Program-made: the position numbers and the translations under genes
Shown: positions 33,301 to 46,091 of the stretch, piece by piece
How positions within the stretch are numbered: the first letter of the stretch is position 1
Layout: every line of letters starts with the position of its first letter
Notes under the pieces: model-generated
What the model saw: only the letters and a program-made list of their open reading frames with translations
The model's database searches: none
Told to the model about the DNA's origin: nothing
Assembly (NCBI GenBank): GCA_002633005.1
Contig: NMRA01000002.1
Span: 1,643,023-1,707,022 of the forward strand
Direction: 5' to 3'
DNA from: Phoronis australis
Taxonomy: Eukaryota; Animalia; Phoronida
Length of the DNA: 64,000 nt

Positions 33301-36300
33301 TTGTTTGTAAAGACCATCTCATTTTGATACAGTTACAGCTAATCAGTAAACAAAGTCCAACATCACTACTCTTCAATTTCGCACAAAAATAATTGTTAAA
33401 ACTACAATTTTCAAAGACTGGTTAAATAGTTAAATTGCTCAATTTCACGATAGCTGTTCAGCAAAAATCAGGCTAAGTATGAAGTCAAGCTTTTAGTAAT
33501 GTTTACTTTTGTTGGCAAATTTGACAACATAAAATTCCACATGTCCACCATATCTTGTGTACTAAATTGAAGAATGTTTATCATACCTCAACTTTACCCC
33601 TATTCATTACGAGAAAAACACACCGTTTCATGTCAGTGAAGACACACAGCAATATGTCAGAATGCTATAACAACGCCAAGATATTAGCATCATTATTAGC
33701 TAAACTAGTCCGACTTACGTGATTTCGCCATCGGTAAAGTTGAACTCTTTGACCATGGCAGTTTTAAGTAAACTAATATCATAACAACTTCCAATTACAT
33801 CACAGAGGAACTTTTCTGAAAAGAACATCACAGCGTATGTGAGTTGAGGGAAAGGCTAAAATATTACATTCTATGGAAATATAGATTGCTTTGAATGGGC
33901 TTATTTCAACAGCCCGTTTTCCACAGATGACAATTATAGCTTTATTTCCATGATTTTATCCAAAACCTGTCACATTTAATCAAAGAACTTACTTATTTTC
34001 TTAAACATCCGACACTCGATTCTATCAGTATTTTGATCACTAAGACACAGGCCTTTATCCAGGATTTCGAAAATAGGGTGTCTAAAATGGGGTTCCCAGT
34101 ATTCCAGGGCATCCATGATTCCAACGCATAACCCCCCACTACCAGCAATNNNNNNNNNNNNNNNNNNNNNNNNNNNNNNNNNNNNNNNNNNNNNNNNNNN
34201 NNNNNNNNNNNNNNNNNNNNNNNNNNNNNNNNNNNNNNNNNNNNNNNNNNNNNNNNNNNNNGCCAAGATATTAGCATCATTATTAGCTAAACTAGTCCGA
34301 CTTACGTGATTTCGCCATCGGTAAAGTTGAACTCTTTGACCATGGCAGTTTTAAGTAAACTAATATCATAACAACTTCCAATTACATCACAGAGGAACTT
34401 TTCTGAAAAGAACATCACAGCGTATGTGAGTTGAGGGAAAGGCTAAAATATTACATTCTATGGAAATACAGATTGCTTTGAATGGGCTTATTTCAACAGC
34501 CCGTTTTCCACAGATGACAATTATAGCTTTATTTCCATGATTTTATCTAAAACCTGTCACATTTAATCAAAGAATTTACTTATTTTCTTAAACATCCGAC
34601 ACGTACAAAATTTTCTCTTACACTCGATTCTATCAGTATTTTGATCACTAAGACACAGGCCTTTATCCAGGATTTCAAATATAGGGTGTCTAAAATGGGG
34701 TTCCCAGTATTCCAGGGCATCCATGATTCCAACGCATAACCCCCCACTACCAGCAATGCCCCTAAACACACACATTTTTTTACAAAAAATGCATAGACCA
34801 AGGTTTTTACATCTAAGTTTACAAAACAGCCTTCTGTAGTGAGCATTTTTACTAAAAAAATCTGTGTAGACCAAGACTTTTCCAATGCTATCAACCAAGT
34901 GTGAGCATAGCAACATTGTATACTTTTGTATATACTTTGCACTGGTCTTCCTGCTTTGAAAAAGAGCCACCACTATGAGTCTTCATAGGCTTCCTAGTAA
35001 TCATTACAATGTGTGTGTCCAAACTTGAAAGGTTCCTAATGATAGTGGGTGTCCAAATGATACATTGGGCGTCCTTGCCAGGGCGTCCATATCAGTGCCC
35101 AAGACCTACGCTTCATAAAAGCGTGCTAAGACAGCACAGAGTACACTACCTATCACAGCCTTTTCAGTTGAAAGATCTGACGTATATTGTCGCACATGTT
35201 TAACATAATCTTCAGAGAACACAACGCCATACTGTTCGTTATCCAAACCCAAGTGAAATATCCTCACAGCGCCACTGTTCTTCAAATCATTCTGAAAACA
35301 GCAAGTACCTCAAGTATATCAAAAGACCATAAATAGCACTGAATAATTTGACAAATAGACTAAGCAGCATTTTTTTGAAAATGATTAAGCAAGAGTATGA
35401 GACAAATTTAAGGTAATCAGACAAAATACTGATTCCCCTCATAATAGCCAATACTGCTAACAGCAAAAATGGCTCTTAATAACTACTAGGGTGGTAAAAT
35501 TCTAATTATCAAATGGCTAAGTCACTACACTAACTTTTCTGTTAATTACTCTTCACTATTGGTCATGAGGGAAGACTATGACAATGAATTCGGCTTCCGC
35601 TCAGGCGTCATGACGGGGAATTCTGGATCATTCAGTCTGAATATTCTTGGTTTGTACTTCAGATATTTTGATTAAATAGCTATTTTCCCAGTTTATGAGC
35701 TAATCACATTTCTTAAGTGCCTAAAATCAAATCTTGCTTTGAAGACTTTTGCAGTGAACAAATCACGACAAGATCAAAGTGAAGACAGCTGACATTGCTT
35801 CCGCAGAATCTTAACAAAACAATTTCCTAATTTCTATTTCCGGGGTATACTGTGTCTTATCTTTATCATAACTAGCGGAATTGTTATAACTGTCATTGGC
35901 TTATTTATCTCAGGAACTGCCCAATGTTACCTTCACAGTCATAGTAACAACAGTCCAGGTTAAACCTGTGCCAGTTTAATCAATCTTTTAAAAGAACATT
36001 GACATAGTATTCTAAATTCAACAAACCATGGAGGTACCTAAGTTGTTTTTACTAAAAATCTAAAAGCCCTTCAACCCCCCTCCCCATACATTTCACACTC
36101 ACAAGTTGTTTGTCAACCAGCGTCCTGTTTTTGACAATACTGTACACTTGGTGTTTAAGTAGGATGGGTGGCAGGCGCAGCTCGAACTTGTCCACAGGAA
36201 ACTTAGACTTGAGAAGCAACAATGCCGCCAGAGTGTCATTGGGGATTGGTTCACCTAGAGAAAAAAAGGAAATGACAATGACAAATATCCTATAAATTTC

Positions 36301-38346
36301 ACCTCCAAGAATCTGGTTTCATGAAAAATGATGTAAGACTTAAGTCAGAAATTTGCCCCAAACAACTTTTGAAAAAAAAAATTCACTTGAGAAAAAGTGC
36401 AGCCTCTGAGAATATACACATAACTGCTAGTTACTATGGTAACTTCTATAAATTATTTCTAGAGTACGATGGGGTCCTAATTACTTGGCAAAACCTTTTA
36501 CCAGTAATTATGAAGTAAGACCAATATAGTCTAGGTCTTAAAGTCACTTTCACGAAACAGACCCCTTGACTTAACAATGCTGGAAGGACACCCCTTTGTA
36601 TTGATTCACCGTGAGAAAAAAATGGAATAACCGTAGAGAATCTCAAGCAATATAAGATATCAGGATTTACCAGGATATCTTTACGTATAGAAGACTTGAA
36701 GAAAATTGAAGACAGTAACTTTTCCACTGTGCAACCAACACGCCACTGAACTTGAAAGTTTTTCAAGCCTTTTTATTTCATCCAAATCACGACTTCAAAG
36801 ATTGCTATTCAATAATAGTAAAATATGAACCACCAGGTGTCAATGCTAATGTGCATCAAAGACATCACAGTTCCCTTCGTCACGCTATCGTACAAAAGAT
36901 ATGTTTTCAAATGCTAAAACGTTCACCAAATTTCAATGTGCGTCATTTGCACGGACTTTTAAAAAGCAAAGTCAGAGCGTGATAACAGAATAGTATTGAT
37001 AAGACCAAATGATGTTTTCGACAGATTTGTATAAAACCAGCATTGTATGACCCAAAACATGAAACATTTCCCAAAATATAACCAACTGTTAACCAACTGT
37101 TCCTTAGTCCATTCCGAGCAGACCCCTTGGACCAAACCAATGCTTTTTTGGCAGACATTCTCCCATAATGTTGATTTTCATTTTCCTACGATAGATGACT
37201 TCTTCAGAAAATTTTACAGAGCTGACACTTTTGAAAATTTCTCACTTTACTGGCCGCAATTATGATCTGACAATATTCAAGAACTAACAGTTGTTTTCAT
37301 ACTCCACACATTTGGTTCGAGTTATCAAGCTCGTCTAAATATATTACACAAATTGGTACAAAATGCGGTTTGTCCGAAAAGAAATGTGCAATGCATGAGA
37401 AAGGAAATGTAGCTCAAGAGAAAGAATTGTATTTATTAGAAAAGAACTGAGTTAATGACATTGCCATTGATTATAGAGAGGAAGATTATCTACCACGGAA
37501 TGTAGGAAATGGAGGACGCCACCACAGGCACTCATAACATTTCCATAAAACAACAATCCTAATTACTTGAAGTTGATATAAACCTGCCTTCCGTCAAAAA
37601 CTTGATTTAGACAACTTACCATTATGCAATCCGTCTCAACTCTTCCCTTGTCAAATGAGAGGTGATTTGTTGTCTTGGAAAGAACTGACAGTTTGTCATT
37701 GCTGGAGGCCACGCCCTACACGATGGCTAGTCAGAAGATGGGCTAATTTATACACAAAGCACAGTATCTAGCAATTACAAGCTGTCAGTTACTTCCACAA
37801 CCAGAAACCATTACTTGTAAGAGTCAAGAAAAAGTTGAGATTTGTTTGACTGTGGTAAGAAATTTTAATCAATAGCTTGTCTTTTTAATGGAACATGGGT
37901 TTGCGGCCTCTTAAAATATCATAAAACCCAGGCTTCCTATCAAGAAACCAAGTTTTGATTTAGGGCACTTACCGGCATGAAATTGGACTGAATTGTCCCC
38001 GAGTTAAAATAGGTGAGTTGATGGGCATTTTCTAAGAAAGAACTGGCACTCCATGAGCAGAAATTTTATGAGCTTTGTCTGAGGAAATAAAAAAACTGTT
38101 GACCTAAAAATCATTCCTAAACTGAATAAAGACAAAGACATGTACAACTTTACCAAGGCAAATGGCCTAAAACAAAACTTTTTTGACAGAAAGTATAGGT
38201 TTAATGACGCTTAAAATACTCAATCCTGCCCCACCTTCCAAGTCCCCATTCCAGGCCTGAACTGAGCTGCTCTGTTCTTGAGGGGCAACAACGCAAATTT
38301 TTTTCTTTTGCCTATAGACATCGGGCAAAGCACGTTTTCGACTCAT
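30382..38346 (-). CDS. STK19: STK19/WHR1 winged-helix DNA-binding, transcription-coupled repair factor (historically 'serine/threonine kinase 19')
   Basis: Exons (minus) 38346-38220, 36254-36103, 35291-35150, 33815-33719 (duplicate at 34402-34306), 32562-32406, 32017-31929, 30424-30382; total 807 nt, 268 aa. Peptides MSRKRALPD, LPPILLKHQVYSIVKNRTLVDKQL, ITQLVKSGVLTVRDVGTWWVAIP, GRKAVLTMIRKCKYREIL, LGISYHIHDLIGADLV, TTSGVLLRL. Probable UTR exon donor at 39746|gtgagt. Confidence 0.93.
30735..30890. mobile_element. Small MITE in the last STK19 intron
   Basis: Inverted termini ctgggctgagttgcataaagct / acttttatgcaactgggccctg. Confidence 0.5.
33675..34757. repeat. Near-identical direct duplication flanking a 112-N gap (includes one STK19 exon)
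   Basis: 33675-34149 matches 34262-34757 except for a few SNPs and a ~21-nt indel; Ns at 34150-34261. Confidence 0.9.
34656..35125 (-). mobile_element. hAT MITE (CAGGCCTTTATCCAGGA TIR family)
   Basis: 8-bp TSD ctaagaca at 34648-34655 and 35126-35133; inverted copy of 59108-59590; a fragment also occurs near 47880-47945. Confidence 0.88.
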
Positions 38347-38376
38347 TTCAGAGCTGAAAAAAATCAAAACGCAAGC

Positions 38377-38633
38377 AATTGTGTATGTTACATTATGTCA
38401 TACTGGCAGCAGCAACAGTATACCCACAATTGTGTAAGTTACATTATGTCATACTGGCAGCGGCAACAGTATACCCACAATTGTGTAAGTTACATTATGT
38501 CAAACTGGCAGCGGCAACAGTATACCCACAATTGTGTAAGTTACATTATGCCATACTGGCATCGGCAACAGAATACCACAATTGTGTAAGTTACATTATG
38601 TCATACTGGCAGCAGCAACAGTATACCCACAAT
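38377..38633. repeat. 51-bp minisatellite, about 5 copies, in the STK19 5'UTR intron
   Basis: Unit aattgtgtaagttacattatgtcatactggcagcggcaacagtatacccac repeated in tandem; it explains the repetitive 17-aa ORFs in the track. Confidence 0.95.
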
Positions 38634-39745
38634 CGATACCCTAAAGATTTTTGTTGGATAAACAAGTAATTCATGGTCTTATCTATACAATGAATTCTGC
38701 TCAAGTCTTGCATACAAACAGCCTGAACTGCACACATGCCATCTTGTTTACAGTGAAGCACAAGAGTGAAAATTCTTGCTTTTTGAATGCAGATTACAAA
38801 GAGTTGCAGTAGAAGAGGATCGAAGCATGACTAGGAAGTTCCTAGTACATTATATAGTTACCAGAAATTCTTAAATATAATTTGATTAAATTGCTACTTG
38901 TCAGAAAGTCATGACTTCTGCAGACATGCTTTCAGAAACATTGAGTTCTGGGGTATTGATCCATGGGTGAATGGGTAAGCCCCATGCATTTTCATGAGCC
39001 AATTAGTGAGTTGACTTCTATTGCTTAGGAAATTTTAGTCCGTTGATCTATTTTCTCTTTGGAAGTGCTTAGGAAATTAGTCTGTTGATCTATTTTCTCT
39101 TAGGTAGCACTGATTGGCATCCCAGGAAATTGTGTTTTATTACATTTTACAAGTTTTTCCAGAAATACCAATATCAAAATTCAAAATAATGTGAACAGGT
39201 GTCGAAAAAGGGTACACTTAAGCTAACAACTGCTACTGACGTCTGAGTGAAGTTAATTACTACTGTTGTCTAGGAGACGTTCTCAAATTAAGACCCCAGG
39301 TGCGAAACCTCTTTAATTATTCCAAGGTACAGTACAAAAACAGTACACTAGCTAGCACATGTTCTACTTTTTATGATTCATAACTAATTTTAAATAAACT
39401 TTACAAGGTTAGCCCAAATGAAAATAAAATAATTTTTTCTTAAGTAATACTCTTACTTGTTACAATCAGTCTACGTAAAAACGATCCGAATACTCGACAA
39501 AATATCCAATAAGTTATGGTCGCAACGAATGGAGAACACCGTCGTTAGGATAGACTGAATAATCGGAGATGGAATGAAGAAATGAATATTTTTACAGATG
39601 CGTAACTGCAGTACTTGTTGACAATAAATATGGCTTTATTGTAGATTAATCTATTTCAAGTTAACAGCGACTTAAAAACATAAATTTCTGGAAACACTGC
39701 TGCTTTCTTCATTATATGGAAGTAACGTAATCTACACAAACTCAC

Positions 39746-39975
39746 CAAATTATTTTCGCGGAAATTTCTTTTACGCCACCGGCTCCATGATAGCCAATTA
39801 ACCACGTGACAGAATCTGATTTGTCAATTGGTGGAAATAAGGGAATCCCCATGCATTTGCGCCCCCTGTAATCAAGGGAATTCTGAACTTCCGGCTACCT
39901 CGAGAACTCCGAGAAAGCACAGTTAACAAGTAAAGCTCATCATCTCATGACGTTTCCAAAATCAAAGTGAGGACG
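39746..39975. promoter_or_regulatory. Bidirectional promoter shared by STK19 (-) and DXO (+)
   Basis: Locally CpG-rich. CCAAT 39794-39798, E-box cacgtgac 39803-39810, kappa-B gggaatcccc 39841-39850, CTCF-like gcgccccctg 39859-39868, ETS cttccgg near 39888. Lies between the STK19 UTR-exon donor and the DXO ATG. Confidence 0.65.
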
Positions 39976-42900
39976 ATGAAACGGAGAATCGATAATGATA
40001 CTCCAGCCGAAAAACGGGCAAAAACAGTGTCGACTTCAAGACCTACTACTCATTCTGGTGACCTTGGTGTGTTCTCTGCAGATGCCAGACGTTTTATTGG
40101 AAAGTTTCCATTCTTCAGGGAGCCCAAAGAAATTGGAAACTTCTCTTTGGATTGCAAGCGACAGTTCTTAAATGATAGAAGCCGCTTGCGATATTACCGT
40201 CCACCTGATAATTGCAGTGATATTGCTTTCAGCCTTAGATGTGGCTACAGTAAATTCATAAAGAGAAACGAATCTGTCAAAGAGTACCTGGATAATTTAT
40301 TGAAATGGATCGAAAAACACAGGCACATGTTTTTGCCACCCGGACACGAAAAGGAAATCAGCGAAAGGTTGTGATTAGCAAATAATACACCTTATTTTAA
40401 AATAAACAGGAACAATCTGGGCATACAAGTCTTTGTAAATAGGCACATGCCAAAAATCACCCTCTGTGTTTTTTAATGTTAGGCGGCTGCGGCACATCTT
40501 GGTCAATTCTGTATGCCGGAATTTTTTGCAAGTTACGCTTACGGCTTAACCTGTTCGCTTAACCTGTTAACCAGCTGGCTAAATTATGTCAGTTACATTA
40601 CTCTTGGAATAAAGACTTTTCAGATCAGTCCTTCATTCCATTCAAGAAATTGAAGACTGAATGCCGTTACAGCTAATGTGTTTGAAGTTAAACGGAAACG
40701 TACAGAATGTTATAGGGAGGTCACCTGTCTGCCATCCATGCAGTGAGGAGGCAGTGCAGATGGGGGGGGGAGGTGTCTAATGTGCTCTCAGTCTACATTT
40801 TACACACTACAAAAACATGTGTTTTCATTTAATTTGTTCCATGCATCTACACTACTGAAAATCACAGTAAGCTTTGAGATGCAGTTAAATAGATAATGTT
40901 CTGTTTAATCTCAATAGAAATGTTACTGATTCATGATGAGTATGTGGTCTCTTACAATCTTTTCAGCCTTTTCACAGACTTCGTCAGTTGGCGTGGTTTA
41001 CTGACTCGTCTTTTGTGTACACCCTACGAGAATAGGGATGGGTGGAAGATTGCTGTTATAAAGTTCAAGGGGACACTGTATCTTTGTGAATACGACACAG
41101 CAGAGAAGGTGCAGCAACAGCAGAGAGAGACAGAGAGGCAGAAGGAAATGAGTTACTGGGGGTACAAATTTGAACAGTATGTGACAGCTGGTGAGGCTCT
41201 TTGCTTGACATTTGTAAAACTCTTCAGTTAGTATGCGTTTTAACCACTTTCTTCATGGGACATTATCCGCTTCATGGCATCATGATGTATTCAGGAATTA
41301 CTGAACGGGAATGGTTTTAGTGGTGCATTTTTTCAACATTTCTCCCAGGTCTATTGTCTGCAAGTTGGGATATCTTCAGAGTGTTCGTTATTTCAAGCTA
41401 TGGCGCTGAAAGAGTGTTCCTTGTTTTTAAAAGTGTTAAGTGGAAGTTGCATGCTCTTGTTTCCTAAATTTAACTGTGATATTCGAAGCTTTATTGACTT
41501 AAAACAGAACTAAAATTTGTTTAGTTCTATGCATTTCCATGATGATTTTTCTCAGATAAGCTGCTATTAATGCAATTATAATTTGGTTACAGATTCAAAA
41601 GATTCCAATCCAGATACTACACAGCCTGTTGACAATATAGAAGAGTTTGGTACTGTATTGCGATCCAGACTAGATTCACATTCACTGGGTAGGCTCCAAA
41701 TGTAGCTTGTATGAAACTTTTTTATTTACTTCCAAGGTTTAACTGAAAGCTCACTTTAAAAATCAGTCATTATGAACATCTATTGCAGTCTGCAATAAGT
41801 ATTCTCTGGTTTCAATCAAACATATTAAAAGTTTTCTCACCAAAGTCTTGCAATAATTTACATTAATGATCACAATTCCATGGTGTCACCATTACCAACC
41901 AAAACAAATAAAAGTGATGTAAAATCAAAAAGGACCCTTACAGTTGTCATATTTAATTAAAAAAGCCACAAAGCTGTCTGTGTTTTACATCATTCCTCCA
42001 ATGCCCAGAATTTTTATGGCTTTTTGAATAAATGTACCGATTGTCATTGTGTTTTTTGATTTTACTTCACTTCTCACCTTTCAAAAGTTCGTGGTGTGTT
42101 GTGTAACAGAACCAGTACAATGCAAATCATTCTAACACTGAGCCTGAAGATACAGTGTTAAAGTTATACTGGTTTCTTCTTTGGCGGTTCAAAAATGAAT
42201 AATTTCAAATTAAGATAAAATGAGAATGAAGTCCTGTGAGCTCCATTCCGACCATAATATAACCATAGAAGGAGAACTTGACAACTCGATTTTTTGTAGT
42301 GCATTGTAAAATTAAACCAAAACAACCAACCTTGCATAGTACCGAAGCAGCACTCAATATAACTCTATAACTTCTCTAACTGTATTTTCATTGAAGAAAA
42401 TATTTTGCATAGTATGTGCTAAATTGAGGATTATTTTCCGTAATTGTTGTTACCATACTATTTCCAGGGTTGAAGAGCCCTTGATTTCATGGCTCGAGTC
42501 AATGGCTACAGTATAAAGATTGGCACTCGATAGCTTTATGTCCTGTACCCCTATTGTGGCAGCTTTAGTTCAAACATCCGTCAGTTAAACTGTCAACTGT
42601 CTAGTAATTCAAAAGCTAACACTTTGCTTTTATTTCTAGTTTTTGGTGCCGAAGTGGATTGTGTTGACTCGACAGATGGAAAGTATATTGAATTAAAAAC
42701 CAGCCGGGAAATAGAAAACAGGAGACAAGACAACAACTTTAGGAGGTTTGTCATGGCCAATGTGGACTGGACTCTCCTTTTCTCGTTGCCAACAGAGAAT
42801 ATAATAGTAAAAATGTGTGACAGTGGATGTTGATTTTTTGTTCTGTTTAATAATTATGCACCCAATGATTGGCATGCAATATTTAACCCAAAAACATATT

Positions 42901-45900
42901 GTGAGTATCACTGTCTTTGACTTTTCACAAAAGTACAGTTTCTGCCGCACGTTTCTTACATTCATGGTTATTTAAAGGCGTGGAGCATTTCTTATTTTTT
43001 TCATCCATAATTTACCTTGTTTTTCTCAAACTACGTAACTATGCACTTTCCAATATTAAAATGTTTTAGTAATTATTTTCAAAACATTCAAGTTTGTTCA
43101 CAAGAATGAGTTGAATGATATGTAGCAACTGATGTTGCAGCCCGAGTAGAGCTGCATTTCTCGTTGACTTGGGTTGGCTACGATGCTCGACCTCATAGCT
43201 CTTTTAAGCTTTGATGCCCATAAAGCTACACTTAGCATGTTAGCTGCACACCGCAGATCTGTTGGCAGTATAACCCTGAGATTGACAGTAAGTTGCCACT
43301 CGGCACATCGGTTTCACCTGGGCTATGAGTTAGTTATCCAGCCTGACTGAACTTGGGCTGCTGTACAACTCACTGTAGCAGGAAAGTTATGGATTTCCTT
43401 GATAATTGCTGATTGATGTTAATTCTTTCATGTACAAATTTAAACTTAGCTGATAGGAGGATTAATTTTTAACCTCAAGTTTACACTAAACGAAGTATGG
43501 AATGCATGGAATATCATTTTGTTCAAGCTAGGTCGCCGATGCACAACTGTTTTATAGCTGTTCTAAATGAGCCACTTTTCTCCATTCAGCATGTTGAGAA
43601 ATAGTCCAGTGTGATTGTTACAGATTTAAACTTATCAAGTGGTGGACCCAGTCCTTCCTGGCGGGCATCCCTCGGATTGTCTGTGGATTTAGGGATGACG
43701 AAGGAGTGGTTAATAGGCTAGAAACTTTCCACCTGGAAAAAATTGTTCAAATGTCTAAGGTAAGAACGTGGATTTTTAGTGGTGCACTGTGATAAGTATT
43801 GATGCGGTAAAAAGGCTTCAGTTTGGGACACAATATGGCAGACGTGAAATTTCATTTTGTTTAATTTCTCAACAAAATAACTTCAGGAAAGTTTACTTTT
43901 CCTTAAGCATGGTTTGCATAGCGTTGCTACTACCAAACAACATTTGTAAAATTTGAGCATTAATGTAACAATGTGGTAAGTCTTTGAAAGATAGAAATAT
44001 GGCAATTTTAGCAATTATTTTTGTCCCAAATTGAAGAATTTTTATGGTAGCCATTTTCCGATATAGCGGTGAGATGTTTGAAAAAATTTGAATTTTCTCT
44101 AATTGATGATTTTGTTTGCAAATGTGCAGCACCGCCAACAGTTTAGAGACAATAAATGTGAACGGGGATTTCAGGGAGTGAAATTTCATGTGTTTTATAA
44201 ATTCTTTGCTATGATCATGCCATCAAATCACCATTGCTGTATGGCGGGATGTTCAAATGGTTCAATAGAAAGTACAATGTTGTTAAATGTCCGTAAATGG
44301 AAAGAAATTAAATTTTGTATTGTTAATCCTGTCTGGCTTGCAACCACCAGCACTTGTAATTGGGTCAAAGAGGAGTCACTTTTGTGTCTTACAATGCCAA
44401 GGAGTTAAGTTTTCTGTCCTATTGTCAGATATATGAACTTGAGTGTCGCACAGCAATTAGCTGTCAATCACTGTAAGTCTTGTAAAAATCATTGGCACTG
44501 TTTACTGTAATTTTTCTTAATTAATTTTCAAGATAAAATTCTGTAATATAGTTTTGATATCTGCAGACTGTTTTGTATGGGCTCTTCTTTATTTTTTGAG
44601 GTGAGGTCAAAAAGCATATTAAATGGGTTCTTGCCTTTTTTTAAATTGAGTTAGTGACGTGGTAGTGTTTTTGTTGCTCACTTTTTCAAAAAAGAAAATC
44701 CACCCGAGATGAGCAAAATGTTGTAGGACATTTTATATCATTTTATTAATTGATTAGCAAGTAATGGTGTTTCAAGCTTTGTTTACCTTTGTTTATGTCT
44801 GTGCAGCTTTTCAAGAAAAACCTTTAGCTGAAATTGACACGGGTACATGTTATTTTTAGTCTGCGAGCGCAGGTCTCACAGAAAAGATCGGAACTAATAT
44901 TTTGCTTTTTGGCCTAAGGACCTTAGAATTCAGCTATCATTTCATTGCGGTTAAATTTTGAGAGAAGATACTAGTGTTAAACCATGTTGGTATACGTGGA
45001 GTCCATTGTTTAACCACTCTCAGGCTGCTATAGGATAAGATACTGTAATATAAAGTTGTTATTGAGTCCAGGAATCTTTAACCAAAGAGGATCACCTCAA
45101 TGATTTACATACTTTGACATGGTACATGAAATTTTAAAGTATCTAATACTTGTCAACAGACACCGTCTTGTGGCTGCAAAAATGCATAAACCATAGAGTG
45201 ACTAAAAAGTAAATGCTTTCTCATTGCGAAATATAGCAAGTAACTTGTAATGCAAAATGTTTCTCACGCTTATTTTTTGCATTTTGCAGGACATATGGGA
45301 CCCTTCTGTGTGTTACAACTTTTGCAACAAGTTTTTGTCATTCGTCAAGCAAGTCGTTGTCAAGGATGATCACAGGTATGTTGACAATCTTGGCAATAAG
45401 TGTTACCTGTACGTGTTGGTATGTTACTCAGTATATGGATGACGTGCAGAAACAGCAAATCTTTTGCTTCTGTCCAGTTACAGTTACTAACCTTATCCAA
45501 CTGTTTCCCTCAACTAAGGGCTATTTGGACCCTGTGGGGAACCAATGTTGTCTAATAAGTAGCATTTCGTTCATACTTGCAGCCTAACATGAAATTTTCC
45601 AGGTGATGTATCATTCCACAAATAGGTTTGTGTGATAGAAATATTTTTCGAGTTGTAAAATTTTAATGAGAAATAAACATTTTTGCATGAATGAAGTCAA
45701 AATTATTAATATTAAAAAAGAGAAGAAAAAAGAGGAAACTGGAAATCAAATAAGAGGAAATCGAAACCAAAAAAGAGGAAAATCCTATTAAAAGAGGAAA
45801 ATTCCAAATCCTGAAATGTGTTAAATAGTGAGCCAAAAGGAATCAAATTAGATGTGATTTCGGAGTTTGTAAAGAACTAGCAGATTTTAGATCTCTAGTC

Positions 45901-46091
45901 CAGTATCTTGTGCGCTGTCCCTTTAATTTAAATTAATTATTTGTAGGATAGCCTACCTGTTTGAGTCGAATCCACTATCTAAGACTGTGAGTTGGAGAGA
46001 ATGCCCTCCTTCATCGGAGTACACATTTCTGCCACAGTGGTACATCAATTCTTGGGAAACGGAAGGACAGGAAGATTCGGAATGTACATGA
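39976..46091 (+). CDS. DXO: Decapping and exoribonuclease protein (Dom3Z/Rai1 family)
   Basis: Exons 39976-40367, 40967-41190, 41593-41688, 42640-42745, 43624-43759, 45290-45375, 45947-46091 (TGA). Motifs FREPKEIGNFSLD, DFVSWRGLLTRLLCTPYE, MSYWGYKFEQY, catalytic FGAEVDC..YIELKT, KLIKWWTQSFLAGIPRIVCGFRD, FLPQWY. Confidence 0.95.
43135..43372. mobile_element. Putative MITE in a DXO intron
   Basis: Inverted termini gttgcagcccgagt / acttgggctgctgtacaac; GC-richer than the flanks. Confidence 0.4.

Noticed and set aside
34563-34973. ORFs repeated at 33976-34280, 34563-34973 and 59401-59684
   Set aside because: Spurious translations of the non-coding hAT MITE copies.
37620-37780. Possible extra STK19 exon ending at a strong minus-strand gtaagt donor
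   Set aside because: The frame compatible with the next exon contains a TGA, and exons 38220 and 36254 already join in phase.
38278-38669. Repetitive ORFs (LCKLHYVILAAATVYPQ / CVSYIMSYWQRQQYTHN) and a CRISPR-like appearance
   Set aside because: Head-to-tail 51-bp minisatellite with no unique spacers, in a eukaryotic intron; the ORFs result from the unit length being divisible by 3.
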